Of a stretch of 64,000 bases of DNA, positions 47,898 through 58,007 are shown in pieces. Source of the stretch: Verrucomicrobiota bacterium (GTDB lineage Bacteria > Verrucomicrobiota > Verrucomicrobiia > Limisphaerales > Palsa-1400); the NCBI GenBank assembly GCA_049510745.1, contig JBEKYR010000012.1:88267-152266 (forward strand), given 5' to 3'. The notes below the pieces were generated by a model. It did no database searches. It had not been told where the DNA came from and saw only the letters and a list, made by a program, of their open reading frames with translations. Position numbers and translations under genes: made by a program. Within the stretch, counting starts at the first letter, position 1. The number at the start of each line of letters is the position of its first letter.

Positions 47898-50800
47898 ATG
47901 AAGTGGACGGATTTGTGGCGTGAGAGATTGGCGAAGGCTGCGCGCGTCAGTTGGAGTATTGCGACTTGTGCCTCGTTGCCAGCGAAGTTGGGGCCGGCGC
48001 TTGTTTTTCTGTTGCTGCTCGATTTGGGCGGCGCTCCTTGCCGGGGACAATCCTCTATGGGCACGGCGGCGAAGGTCCTGGATTCCAGCGATTATGCGAT
48101 CGTTCAGCGCGGGCCGCATTGGCGGACGTGGGGAACAATCACAACGCAGACGAATCAGTTGGGGCAGGTGTTGACGCAAACGAACTTGGCCTATACGGAA
48201 CTCGCCACCGGACTTTGTTACCAGAAAGATGGGCAATGGGTTGATTCTGTCGAGCAAATAGACCTTGTGGCCGATGGCGCTTCTGCGACGCAAGGGCAGC
48301 ACAAGGTTCGTTGGATGGGCAACGCAAATACGGCAGGCGGCGCGGTTCATCTGACCACTCCGGACAATAAGGATTTCCTGAGCCGGGTTTATGGGTTGAG
48401 TTATTTTGATGCTTCTACCGGCGCCAACATTCTCATCGCGGAACTGAAAGATTCCCAAGGTTTGCTCGTGGGGAATAATCAGATAGTTTATCCTGACACA
48501 TTTACCGATCTGACGGCCGACCTTGAATACGACGTGACCCTGGATGGGCTGGAGCAGAACGTCATCCTTCGCGCGCAGCCTCCCTCGCCCTCAGCTTACG
48601 GATTGAATCCAGATACTACTCGCCTCCAGGTCTATACGGAGTTTTTTGATCCGCCCGCGCCTCAAATAACGGTCATGGAGGACAATGGGATCGCGCATGA
48701 CGCATTTCTGAATTTTGGAGAGATGAGCATTGGAGTTGGCAGCGCGTTTCTCACCGAAAGCCAGAGGATCCGGATTGATGCCGGTTCGGTCTATAAGCAC
48801 TGGACGCAGATAAACGGCCGCACCTTTCTCATCGAGGAAATTCCCTACGCATCTATTGCGAACCTGCTCCAAGCGTTGCCGTTGCACTCCTCCGTGGTGA
48901 ATCCGAACCAGAGCATTATCAGGCGGATTGCCTCCTCTAAATCACCGACGCCGAAACGCGGGCTCTCGAGATCGGGCACTCCTATCCGGGTGGCGAAGAC
49001 GCGGCCCCGTCAAGCGGGTTTGGTCGTGGACTACACTACCGTTGGAAGCGTGAACAACTACGATTTCGCGGGAAACATGACCTATTATCTGTCCGCCAAC
49101 GCCGCTATGGGCGGAACGAACACGACGTTTGAAGGCGGGACGCTATTAAAATTTGCCAGCAATGTGACCATGACGGTCAATTCGCCAGTGACCTGGACGG
49201 CCAGCGCGTATAATCCAGTTATTCTGACCGCCAAGGACGACAGCGGCGTGGGAGCTTCGATCTCCGGCTCGACTCGCAATCCCGGAACAAAATATTACGC
49301 GAATACGGCGTTTTACTTCAATGCGAGCAGGGCGGGCACGAACCTGATCCTCAACCATCTGCGAGTGATGAACGCCAAGACCGCAGTGACCATCAACGGG
49401 AATACCAACCATGTATTGAGCGACGTGCAAATGGTCAACTGCGGCAATGGACTGGCCGCGACGAACGCGGGGTTCAGCCTGTGGAACGGGCTGATGTATA
49501 ACGTGATGACCAATTTCACCGGCACCAATTCCACTGGGGACGTCGAGCATTTGACGGTGGACACGGCGAACTGGCTGAACATCAACGAGACCTTGAATAT
49601 GACCAACTGTCTGCTCGTGGCAGTGACGAACACCGGGACGATTGCCAGCAGCGCTGAGATCTATACGGCGACCAGCGGTTCGGCGGCCTTCCAGAGCGCG
49701 GGCTTGGGGGCGCATTATCTGGCGGAGGGCAGCCCGTGTGTGAACGCGGGAACCACCAACATCGCCCCCGCGCTGGCGGCGGCTCTGATGCAATTGACCA
49801 CCTTTCCGCCGGTGGTGCTGACCGCCAATTTCAGTAACAACACCACCTTGTCGCCGCAGGCCCAACGGGATACGGATACGCCAGATGTCGGCTACCATTA
49901 CGATCCGCTGGATTATGTCTGGACCAATCTGACGGTCAGTTCCAACGTGACGCTCACCCTGACCAATGGGGTCGCGGTGGCTGTGCTGGGGAACATCGGC
50001 GTGACGGTCAACGGGAATATTGTCAGCCAGGGAACGCCGCTGACCTTGAACGTATTGGCCACGGCGTCGGTCGTGCAGGAAGAGTTTTCCCAGACGAACC
50101 TGTTCGAGTTGCTTGGCGGCGTTGGCTCATATAGCGGGACCGGCGGCGGCACGTGGCGGAGTTTTTACCTGCGTTTTACCGATCTTCCGATGCAGGGTGG
50201 AAGCGATGAAAGCACGTACGGCATGTACTTTATGGTGGAATTCCTGGGTGCGCCTGGGTCGGCTCCCGCGCAGGTGATCATGCAAGATTGCCAAGTCGGC
50301 GGCGGATGTATTTACGTCGAATCGGAGTCTGCTTGCGAAATGTATCTGACCCTGTTCAACAATCTGTTTTCTCGCAGCAGTCTTTTCTTTGAAGTGTCGG
50401 ATCCTGGTGCGTATCAAGTGAATTTTGGGAATAATCTTCTGCACATGGGGGTGGTTGACTTTTTTTACTATATCAATTCCCAGCCTGGCTCGCAGTGGTT
50501 CATCTACAACAACCTCTTTGAGAACAGCCACGTAAGTCCCTCGGGAAGCGGAACGAACTGGGCTTTGCAGTTCCAAGACAGTAATAACGCCTACATCCAA
50601 GACACTGGGAGCGAGTTGCCCAATTCCAGCGGCGGAGACCTGACTCCCTCCCGCGCGGATTATCAGACCGGGGCCTTGGGAAGTTATTATTATCCGACCA
50701 CGGGGACGAACCTCGCGACGTTGATATTTGCAGGTGTCGGGTCGGGGGCCAATGTGGGCAGCAACTACTACCCGCCAGCGACGGGTCTTTACCATTACAC

Positions 50801-51038
50801 CGTGACAACGAACAATGTCATCGAAGGCACGAACATCGTAAGCATCGGGTTTCACTACGTGGCGGTGGGGAGCAACGGTTTGCCGCTGGACACCAACGGG
50901 GACGGCATCCCGGACTACCTTGAGGACGCCAATGGAAACGGCGTGGTCCATTCGGGCGAAATTGACTGGCAAGTGTCCGGAGATTTGGGTCTGGCTGTCG
51001 TCATCACTCAGCCCGCTAATAATTCCAAGATCCCGTAA
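47898..51038 (+). CDS. Large secreted Asn/Thr-rich protein with beta-helix-like middle and C-terminal Ca-binding DTNGDGIPDYLED motif (start uncertain)
   Basis: Hydrophobic ALVFLLLLDLGGA segment; two internally related blocks ending VGYHY and IGFHY. Confidence 0.75.
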   Translation: MKWTDLWRERLAKAARVSWSIATCASLPAKLGPALVFLLLLDLGGAPCRGQSSMGTAAKVLDSSDYAIVQRGPHWRTWGTITTQTNQLGQVLTQTNLAYTELATGLCYQKDGQWVDSVEQIDLVADGASATQGQHKVRWMGNANTAGGAVHLTTPDNKDFLSRVYGLSYFDASTGANILIAELKDSQGLLVGNNQIVYPDTFTDLTADLEYDVTLDGLEQNVILRAQPPSPSAYGLNPDTTRLQVYTEFFDPPAPQITVMEDNGIAHDAFLNFGEMSIGVGSAFLTESQRIRIDAGSVYKHWTQINGRTFLIEEIPYASIANLLQALPLHSSVVNPNQSIIRRIASSKSPTPKRGLSRSGTPIRVAKTRPRQAGLVVDYTTVGSVNNYDFAGNMTYYLSANAAMGGTNTTFEGGTLLKFASNVTMTVNSPVTWTASAYNPVILTAKDDSGVGASISGSTRNPGTKYYANTAFYFNASRAGTNLILNHLRVMNAKTAVTINGNTNHVLSDVQMVNCGNGLAATNAGFSLWNGLMYNVMTNFTGTNSTGDVEHLTVDTANWLNINETLNMTNCLLVAVTNTGTIASSAEIYTATSGSAAFQSAGLGAHYLAEGSPCVNAGTTNIAPALAAALMQLTTFPPVVLTANFSNNTTLSPQAQRDTDTPDVGYHYDPLDYVWTNLTVSSNVTLTLTNGVAVAVLGNIGVTVNGNIVSQGTPLTLNVLATASVVQEEFSQTNLFELLGGVGSYSGTGGGTWRSFYLRFTDLPMQGGSDESTYGMYFMVEFLGAPGSAPAQVIMQDCQVGGGCIYVESESACEMYLTLFNNLFSRSSLFFEVSDPGAYQVNFGNNLLHMGVVDFFYYINSQPGSQWFIYNNLFENSHVSPSGSGTNWALQFQDSNNAYIQDTGSELPNSSGGDLTPSRADYQTGALGSYYYPTTGTNLATLIFAGVGSGANVGSNYYPPATGLYHYTVTTNNVIEGTNIVSIGFHYVAVGSNGLPLDTNGDGIPDYLEDANGNGVVHSGEIDWQVSGDLGLAVVITQPANNSKIP

Positions 51039-51077
51039 GAGTTTAGTCAATCAACTTATCAATCGAAGGGACATCCT

Positions 51078-54000
51078 ATGCGCTTACAATCAGTGGACTT
51101 GAAAGCTCGGTTCTCGGTCGCTTTTCCTTGGTTTCCACGAATCAGGCTTCTCACAGGCACTCTTGTCTTGGCCACGTCGGTGGCGTCTGCGTCGCCCGAC
51201 GCCCTGGTTGACGGGGTGACGCTTAATTCAGGCCGGTCCAACAATTGCGGCGCCGTTGCGCTGCACCAATTGATCGTGGCCTTGAAAGGGGCGACGGCGG
51301 ACACAAAAATCATCGATGCCGCCCCTGTTCCCGCAAACGGCTTCTCCATGACGGAACTGCTGGCCCTTTCGGCCAAAGCCGGGCTTGATTTAGTTGCCGT
51401 GCAGCGTCCGGCAGGTGGATCCATCCCTGTGCCGAGCTTAATGCACTGGAAGCAAGGCCATTACAGCGCCATTGTGGATCAGCGCGAAGGCTTTTACAAG
51501 GTTTTCGATCCAAGCTTTCCCTCCCAATGGCTTGGGGACGGAACGATCTTGAAGGAATCAAGCGGAGATTTCATTGTGAAACAAGACAGAATCACCGCAA
51601 CTTGGCGGCGTCTGGCCCGGTCGCAAACCGATCGCATTCGCGGAGGTGTGGTCGTCTGGCTTCCTGCTTATTGCGACACCAACGATACCCCCCCTTGTCA
51701 GGCGGACTGTTCGAGTTGTCCGACCGGAGGCGATGAACCGATGGCGATGGCTGCCCCTTCGTCCGGGATGGCGACTTGGCGGGTTTCGGAGCCGTATATC
51801 AATCTGTGGTTGATGGACGAGCCGCTAGGGTACAATCCGGGATTGGGGAGCCGAATTTCATTCCAACTTGCCTATAAGCAACGCGAGACCTTGGCGGGAA
51901 CCAACCCCGCGGTATTCAGTTGCGGACAGATGTGGAATTGTTCCTGGATTAGTTATGTGATCGCACCGTCGATCACTCCGCCACCCGGGCCGCCCATGAC
52001 GTTGGTGCTGCCGGATGGAGGCGAGCGGGGCTACACGGCGGACGGGGCGACTCCGGAGTATTACAGCCGCAGCGTGATGAGCGTGACGACGACGAACGGC
52101 GGGACGCTCGCTGGTTGCACGGTTGTTTACCCGGATGGGGCGAGCGATTCCTACAACGACGTGTTCACGGCCCCGTCGGGAGACGTTCTGTGCTTCCGTA
52201 CGGCGCAGACCGATCCGGCCGGCCACAGCACACAATTCATCTACACGAATTCGAGCACCAACATCGTCCTTATCTATGTCGTGGATACGGATGGACGCAC
52301 GAACACATTGGGTTACACCAACACCTCCTACCCGAACCAGATTACAGGAGTGACCGATCCGTTTGGGAGGAGCACAACGCTCGAGTATGACATCGCCGGG
52401 TTTCTGACCAATATAACCGACGTGATGAATCTTGCGAGCGCGTTTACTTACGGCGCCAACCAGTGGATCACATCTCTGAGCACGCCCTACGGCACAACCA
52501 CATTCAGCTTAACCGACAATAAGATGTCCACCAACGATGCCATTGACCGGGCGGTTTTGGTGGTGGACCCGATGGGTGGCAAAAATCTTTTTGTCTCCCG
52601 TCACGAGGCCAGTTTTCTCAGTGGCACGACCTACACCGTGCCGAACGAACCGGCGGGCGCTCCGTCCATTTCGTCCAGCACCATGACCTATCTGAACAGT
52701 TGGCACTGGGGCCCGATGCAATTTCCACAGTTGTCCACGACCAACATGTACTCGTTCACGGCAGCGGACTACCTGAAGGGCCGGCAGCGCAACTGGCTGG
52801 CTGGCTCCGCCAGCCTTGCCTTCAGCGACGCGCTGAACATGGAACAGGCGGTCAGCCCGGACGGCAGCACGCCGGGCCAGCAAAAGTGGCGGGCCTACGA
52901 CGGTGAAAGTGGTTACCAGCAAGGTACCAACGCATTACCGGCGGTGTTGGCGTGGATCCTGCCCGACGGCAACAGCTACTACCAATGGACTCAGCGGAAC
53001 GGTTGGGGAAACCCCACCGAGGTGCAAGAGGTCTGGTCGCAAACCTTTCGCGGCCTATCGCTGACTCGGATCAAGCAGTATTTCTACGCGGCCAACGGGA
53101 TCGATTTGATGCAACAACTCGGTCCGCTGAACGAGACAGTAGCCGGCTCCAGCTACGACACCCATCACAATGTCCTGACGGCGACGAACGCGGTTGGAGA
53201 CGTGACGACTTACACTTACGATACCGAGTCACGCTTGACCAGTGTCACCACGCCAGCGGGCTTAACGACAACCAACATCTACTTCTCCTCGACCGGCTAC
53301 ACGAATTGGATTCAGTGGCGGATTGACCTCCAAATCAGTCGCACGAATTCCTATTTTTATGCCAACGATCTTGTCGTGAGCCACACCAACGAGCTTGGCC
53401 TTGTGGTCAGGCAAACGTGGGACAACCTTCAGCGCTTGACCAGCACGACCTTTCTCGACGGCACCTACACCACCAACATTTACGTCAACCTCGACCTCGT
53501 CGAAACAATTGACAGGCTTGGCAATCAAACCAAGTACGGCTATGACGGGCTGAGACATCTGGTGGCCGTAACCAACGCGCTGGGCAATGTTACGCGCTAC
53601 AATTACTGCACCTGCGGCGCGCTGGAAAACATGCAAGATGCGTTAAACCACTACACGTATTATTACTATGACATCGCGGGGCGCCGGGTCAACATCGTCT
53701 ATCCCGACTTGACCTCGATAACAAATAATTACAACCCCTTGAGCCAGGTTACAAACAAGACGGATGGCGCGGGAATAAGCACGACAAACTGGTACACCGA
53801 CCAGGGCCTTTTATACGCTTCCAGCAACGCCTTCGGTCAAGTGTTTGTTCGATGGTTTGACATCGAAGACCGCCTTACCAACAGCGTTGACGCCAATGGC
53901 GTGGGGATTACCAATACCTACGACAATCTGGCCCGGGTGCTAACGCGCAGCTACCCCGGTGGCGGGGTGGAACGGTTTGGGTATTCGGCCTTCGGATTGG

Positions 54001-56237
54001 TCGCTTACACCAACCAGTTGACCAACGTCACCCTTTACGGCTACGACGGTGCTCGCCGGAAAATCGCGGAAACCAATGCGCTCTCTCAAGTCACTCAATA
54101 CGCCTACGATCCGGCTGGTGACCTCACCAATCTTACGGATGCGAACAACCACAGCACAGGCTGGGGTTATGACGTGTATGGACGGGCGACCAACAAGGTG
54201 GATGCAACGGGTACGTCGATTTTGCAGTATCAGTACGACGCCGACAATCGGCTGACCAATCGTTGGAGCATTGCAAAGACGAACACTGCCTACGCCTACG
54301 ACAACGTGGGAAACTTGACGGGCGTGACGTACTATTTCAACCACGCGCTGTCGTTTTCCTACGACGCCATGAACCGGATGACCAGCATGTCGGACGGGAT
54401 CGGGACGACGACATTTACCTACACGCCGACCGGACAATTGACTTCCGAGAGCGGCCCGTGGGCCGGCGATACGGTCTCTTACGCCTATTCCGACCGGCTG
54501 CGAACGGCGCTGAGTTTGCAGGAGCCCAACGCCTCCGCTTGGGTGGAAAGTTACGGATACGACCTGGCTAATCGCCTGCACACGATCACCTCGCCGGCGG
54601 GGACTTTCACGTACATATACAATCCGGGCCTGGCGGGGGCAACGTCCTCCTCGTCCTTGATCGCAAATATCGCGTTGCCGAGTGGCGCGTTCATCACCAA
54701 CACTTTCGACAACAACGCGCGGATGCTCGGGACGTGGCTCTACAACAGCGGCGCAAGTGCTTTGGATTACGCGGGATACACCTACAACCAGGGGAACCAA
54801 AGAACGGTGGCCATCCGTGGTGCGAATAATTCCGTTTCCAACAATTACGCTTATGACCCGATTGGACAGGTCGTGGGGGATAACGCTTACGAACAGTCCA
54901 ACAGCGCCCCGCGATTGAATGAGCAGTTGTCGTACGTTTTCGACCCGGCCGGGAACCTGAATTATCGCACGAACAACGGCTTGATCGAGAGTTTTCAGGT
55001 GAATTCGCTGAATGAGTTGACGATGAACACCAACGGTGGCACATTGACCGTCATGGGCACGACGACTTCACCGGCCACAAGTGTGACGGTCAACGGCACC
55101 AACGCGCTGCATTACGGCGATTCGACCTTCGCCGCCACGAACATGCCCTTGACCACGACGTACACCGCCGTTGCTCAGGATAGTTATGGGCGCAGCGCCA
55201 CGAACACCGTGACGGTCAGCCTATGCACCAATATCGCCTTCCAATATGACGCCAACGGGAACCTGACCAATGACGGCCTCCGCAGTTTTGCTTACGACGA
55301 CGAAAACCAGTTGACAAAGGTCTGGGTGGCCAACCAATGGTTGTCACAGTTCACGTACGATGGGAAGATGCGGCGGAGAATCAGGGAAGAGTTTACATGG
55401 ACAGGAGCCGCCTGGGTGCAGACCAACGCGGTCTATTACGTCTATGACGGGAATCTGGTCATCCAGGAGCGCGACATGAACAATTTGCCGCTGGTCACCT
55501 ACACGCGGGGCAAGGATTTAAGCGGCAGCTTGCAGGGAGCGGGCGGGATAGGGGGTTTATTGGCCCGCACTGACAACACGTCACTTGTCACTCCTCCCTC
55601 CTTTTACCACGCCGACGGAAACGGCAACATCACGATGCTGATAAACTCATCCCAAGCCATCGTGGCCAAATATCTTTACGACGCCTTTGGGAACATGCTC
55701 TCGAAATCCGGTTCGCTGGCGGACGCGAACGTTTATCGCTTTTCGAGCAAGGAATGGCATGCGAACTCGGGTCTGGTCTATTACCTCTACCGCTACTACG
55801 ACCCGAATTTACAACGGTGGCTCAATAGAGACCCATTAGAGGAAGCGGGAGGGCAAAATTTGTACCAATTTACAGCGAACGCACCGGTCGACTTTGCGGA
55901 TACGGATGGCAATGCGCCTATTCTAACGCAACCGCCGCAGTTTTTTTGGCCGACGAATCCGATGGTGCCATTTAGAGTGACTAACCCGCCTTCAGGTTGG
56001 TGGAGTATCCCGGATAATACACATCAGTGGAATCAATTACCACCGTACCCCCAAAAAGGTCCAACCAATCCGTCTCCGCCGGGGACGAACAATCCGTGTC
56101 CGCCGGGGACGAACAATCCTGCTCCGCCAGGGACGAACAATCCTGCTCCGCCAGGGACGAACAATCCTGCTCCGCCAGGGACGAACAATCCTGCTCCGCC
56201 AGGGACGAACAATCCTGCATCCGCCACTCCCAGATGA
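51078..56237 (+). CDS. Peptidase C39-RHS/YD-repeat fusion protein with Pro/Asn repeat C-terminus
   Basis: Signal-like N-terminus; NNCGAVAL, HWKQGHY, VFDPS (C39 Cys-His-Asp); many YD repeats; RHS core YRFSSKE...RYYDPNLQRWLNRDP...PVDFADTDG. Confidence 0.9.
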   Translation: MRLQSVDLKARFSVAFPWFPRIRLLTGTLVLATSVASASPDALVDGVTLNSGRSNNCGAVALHQLIVALKGATADTKIIDAAPVPANGFSMTELLALSAKAGLDLVAVQRPAGGSIPVPSLMHWKQGHYSAIVDQREGFYKVFDPSFPSQWLGDGTILKESSGDFIVKQDRITATWRRLARSQTDRIRGGVVVWLPAYCDTNDTPPCQADCSSCPTGGDEPMAMAAPSSGMATWRVSEPYINLWLMDEPLGYNPGLGSRISFQLAYKQRETLAGTNPAVFSCGQMWNCSWISYVIAPSITPPPGPPMTLVLPDGGERGYTADGATPEYYSRSVMSVTTTNGGTLAGCTVVYPDGASDSYNDVFTAPSGDVLCFRTAQTDPAGHSTQFIYTNSSTNIVLIYVVDTDGRTNTLGYTNTSYPNQITGVTDPFGRSTTLEYDIAGFLTNITDVMNLASAFTYGANQWITSLSTPYGTTTFSLTDNKMSTNDAIDRAVLVVDPMGGKNLFVSRHEASFLSGTTYTVPNEPAGAPSISSSTMTYLNSWHWGPMQFPQLSTTNMYSFTAADYLKGRQRNWLAGSASLAFSDALNMEQAVSPDGSTPGQQKWRAYDGESGYQQGTNALPAVLAWILPDGNSYYQWTQRNGWGNPTEVQEVWSQTFRGLSLTRIKQYFYAANGIDLMQQLGPLNETVAGSSYDTHHNVLTATNAVGDVTTYTYDTESRLTSVTTPAGLTTTNIYFSSTGYTNWIQWRIDLQISRTNSYFYANDLVVSHTNELGLVVRQTWDNLQRLTSTTFLDGTYTTNIYVNLDLVETIDRLGNQTKYGYDGLRHLVAVTNALGNVTRYNYCTCGALENMQDALNHYTYYYYDIAGRRVNIVYPDLTSITNNYNPLSQVTNKTDGAGISTTNWYTDQGLLYASSNAFGQVFVRWFDIEDRLTNSVDANGVGITNTYDNLARVLTRSYPGGGVERFGYSAFGLVAYTNQLTNVTLYGYDGARRKIAETNALSQVTQYAYDPAGDLTNLTDANNHSTGWGYDVYGRATNKVDATGTSILQYQYDADNRLTNRWSIAKTNTAYAYDNVGNLTGVTYYFNHALSFSYDAMNRMTSMSDGIGTTTFTYTPTGQLTSESGPWAGDTVSYAYSDRLRTALSLQEPNASAWVESYGYDLANRLHTITSPAGTFTYIYNPGLAGATSSSSLIANIALPSGAFITNTFDNNARMLGTWLYNSGASALDYAGYTYNQGNQRTVAIRGANNSVSNNYAYDPIGQVVGDNAYEQSNSAPRLNEQLSYVFDPAGNLNYRTNNGLIESFQVNSLNELTMNTNGGTLTVMGTTTSPATSVTVNGTNALHYGDSTFAATNMPLTTTYTAVAQDSYGRSATNTVTVSLCTNIAFQYDANGNLTNDGLRSFAYDDENQLTKVWVANQWLSQFTYDGKMRRRIREEFTWTGAAWVQTNAVYYVYDGNLVIQERDMNNLPLVTYTRGKDLSGSLQGAGGIGGLLARTDNTSLVTPPSFYHADGNGNITMLINSSQAIVAKYLYDAFGNMLSKSGSLADANVYRFSSKEWHANSGLVYYLYRYYDPNLQRWLNRDPLEEAGGQNLYQFTANAPVDFADTDGNAPILTQPPQFFWPTNPMVPFRVTNPPSGWWSIPDNTHQWNQLPPYPQKGPTNPSPPGTNNPCPPGTNNPAPPGTNNPAPPGTNNPAPPGTNNPAPPGTNNPASATPR
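56076..56219 (+). repeat. Six tandem 24-bp coding repeats (PPGTNNP[C/A])
   Basis: CCGCC(A/G)GGGACGAACAATCCTGCT units with no spacers. Confidence 0.95.
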
Positions 56238-56330
56238 TGCGCCTCCCAATCAATGGCTCTCGACGTGGATGCTGGCGTCTGTGAAGTATAACGAAAAGTC
56301 GGAGCAACTTTGTTATCACTTGGAGCATAG

Positions 56331-57758
56331 ATGAACACGATGCCGCGTATCGATGTGAGCGTTCGTCAGTATCAAAGCATGTGTTTCGCGAGTATAATTA
56401 GGGGCTTTCCCAAGCCAGGAGGACTTCTGGCGTATTTTGCAAATGTGATAATGATTTCGGCTCTGTATGCGAGTCCAGGGCCAAATTCCTTGAACGCATC
56501 TGAAAGGGACACGATGTCGAACAGTCTCGTCGTGAATGCAAATTCAAACCTGGGTTCTGAGTCGGATATTACGACGAACTGGGGAACTCAAAACTACATT
56601 AGCATTCCATCTGTTCAGGATTTTACGGAAGCAGTGTTGACAGCGGCATGCCGGCAGAAGCTCAGCCCAGACGAATTGAAACTGGTTATCAACCCTCTAT
56701 TAGGCAGTCCGGAAATAGATCATTGGGCACTGCAACTAACGACGGAGGCCACAAATGATGAGGCCAAGGCCGAAATACTTTTCGAGGCACTGGCGCATCG
56801 CGCACGAAAGAGCAATGCTCGGACAGAAGGTGCGATGCGAACCGCTAGGGAGGCATTCGCAGCTTGGAACAGTCCTGAAGAGCCCCTCTATTGCATGGAT
56901 TACGCATTTCTGTACGTGGTCATGGCTCGCGCCGTTGGGATTAAGGCCTATGATGTGTATGTCGAAAAAGAAGCTGATGGTCAAGAAGCACCACATGCTT
57001 GCGCTGCCATCATTCTTAAGAATAAGAGCCTTCTTGTGGACCCGGGCTGGTTGTGGTTTGGTGTTCCACATAAGAAATTCATTGTGCTGAACGATTTGCA
57101 GGCGACAGGCATCTATATGGGCCAGCTTCCAGACATGAAAGATTCTGAAATCGCTTGCAAGTTGGCGCCGAATTTCGCATTAGTGCAATTGAATTTCTTT
57201 GAGCATCTGGTTGAAAATGGCCGATTGAATGAAGCGCAGGAAGTCTTGCCGATAATCAAACGGTTGGATACAAATGCCGCGACCGGGGATTATGTGGGAG
57301 CGAAACTTTCGCTGCTTCAAAACAGACCTGAGGATGCAATCGACCTTTTGTTAAAGGCGATTGCCATAAACTCTCATGAATCTACCTACTACACAAGCCT
57401 TGCAGAAGCATACGTCGAGGCGGGCAAAGTGACCAACGCGCTTGAGTCCTATCAAAATGCATTGCGGTGTCCCATTACAGCTGCAGATATGGAAAGGGTA
57501 CGCTCGTGCATCGCGCGGTCGAACGAACTGGCCGCCGTGAGTTGGTGTTATCTTGCTCGCAAAATGCAGAGCAAAGGGGATTTGGATGGTGCCCTGAATA
57601 CCTACGATAAGGCTATCAGGCAAGCGCCCGAGTACGCGGATGCATACATGGGTCGGGCTTACGTTAAGCAGGCTAAAGGTGATACGAACGGAGCCTCTAT
57701 TGACTACCGTCGCGCGATCCAATTAAAGCCAGACTTGGCTTCAAAAGTCGGTCCGTAA
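56331..57758 (+). CDS. Transglutaminase-like (Cys-His-Asp) domain plus TPR-repeat protein
   Basis: LYCMDYAFLYVVMARAVGI, HACAA, LVDP; TPRs such as YADAYMGRAYVKQAKGD...DYRRAIQLKP. Confidence 0.8.
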   Translation: MNTMPRIDVSVRQYQSMCFASIIRGFPKPGGLLAYFANVIMISALYASPGPNSLNASERDTMSNSLVVNANSNLGSESDITTNWGTQNYISIPSVQDFTEAVLTAACRQKLSPDELKLVINPLLGSPEIDHWALQLTTEATNDEAKAEILFEALAHRARKSNARTEGAMRTAREAFAAWNSPEEPLYCMDYAFLYVVMARAVGIKAYDVYVEKEADGQEAPHACAAIILKNKSLLVDPGWLWFGVPHKKFIVLNDLQATGIYMGQLPDMKDSEIACKLAPNFALVQLNFFEHLVENGRLNEAQEVLPIIKRLDTNAATGDYVGAKLSLLQNRPEDAIDLLLKAIAINSHESTYYTSLAEAYVEAGKVTNALESYQNALRCPITAADMERVRSCIARSNELAAVSWCYLARKMQSKGDLDGALNTYDKAIRQAPEYADAYMGRAYVKQAKGDTNGASIDYRRAIQLKPDLASKVGP

Positions 57759-57794
57759 ATTGTCCTTTTGACTAATAAGAGGTCATCAGTGCTT

Positions 57795-57842
57795 GAATTG
57801 GGAAATGGCTGAATTGTGAATTGGTGAATTGTGAATTGGGGT
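57795..57842. repeat. Short tandem (GAATTG[T/G])n tract
   Basis: tgaattgggaaatggctgaattgtgaattggtgaattgtgaattggggt. Confidence 0.55.
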
Positions 57843-58007
57843 CGCATCGAAACATTCTACATTTTAAGTTCTTTTCCAGCCTCTAGCGGCGATTTGATGG
57901 CACAATTCTGTTGCAGGCGCAAGGGTCGCCCGGACAGAGCATTGACGGTAAGCGGTAAAGCGGAGTCCCCCTATTAGTCGCCGGCAGGCCGTGTTAAGAA
58001 CACGGCC

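Noticed and set aside
56076..56219. CRISPR array
   Set aside because: The 24-bp units are contiguous with no unique spacers, in frame within a CDS, and there are no cas genes.
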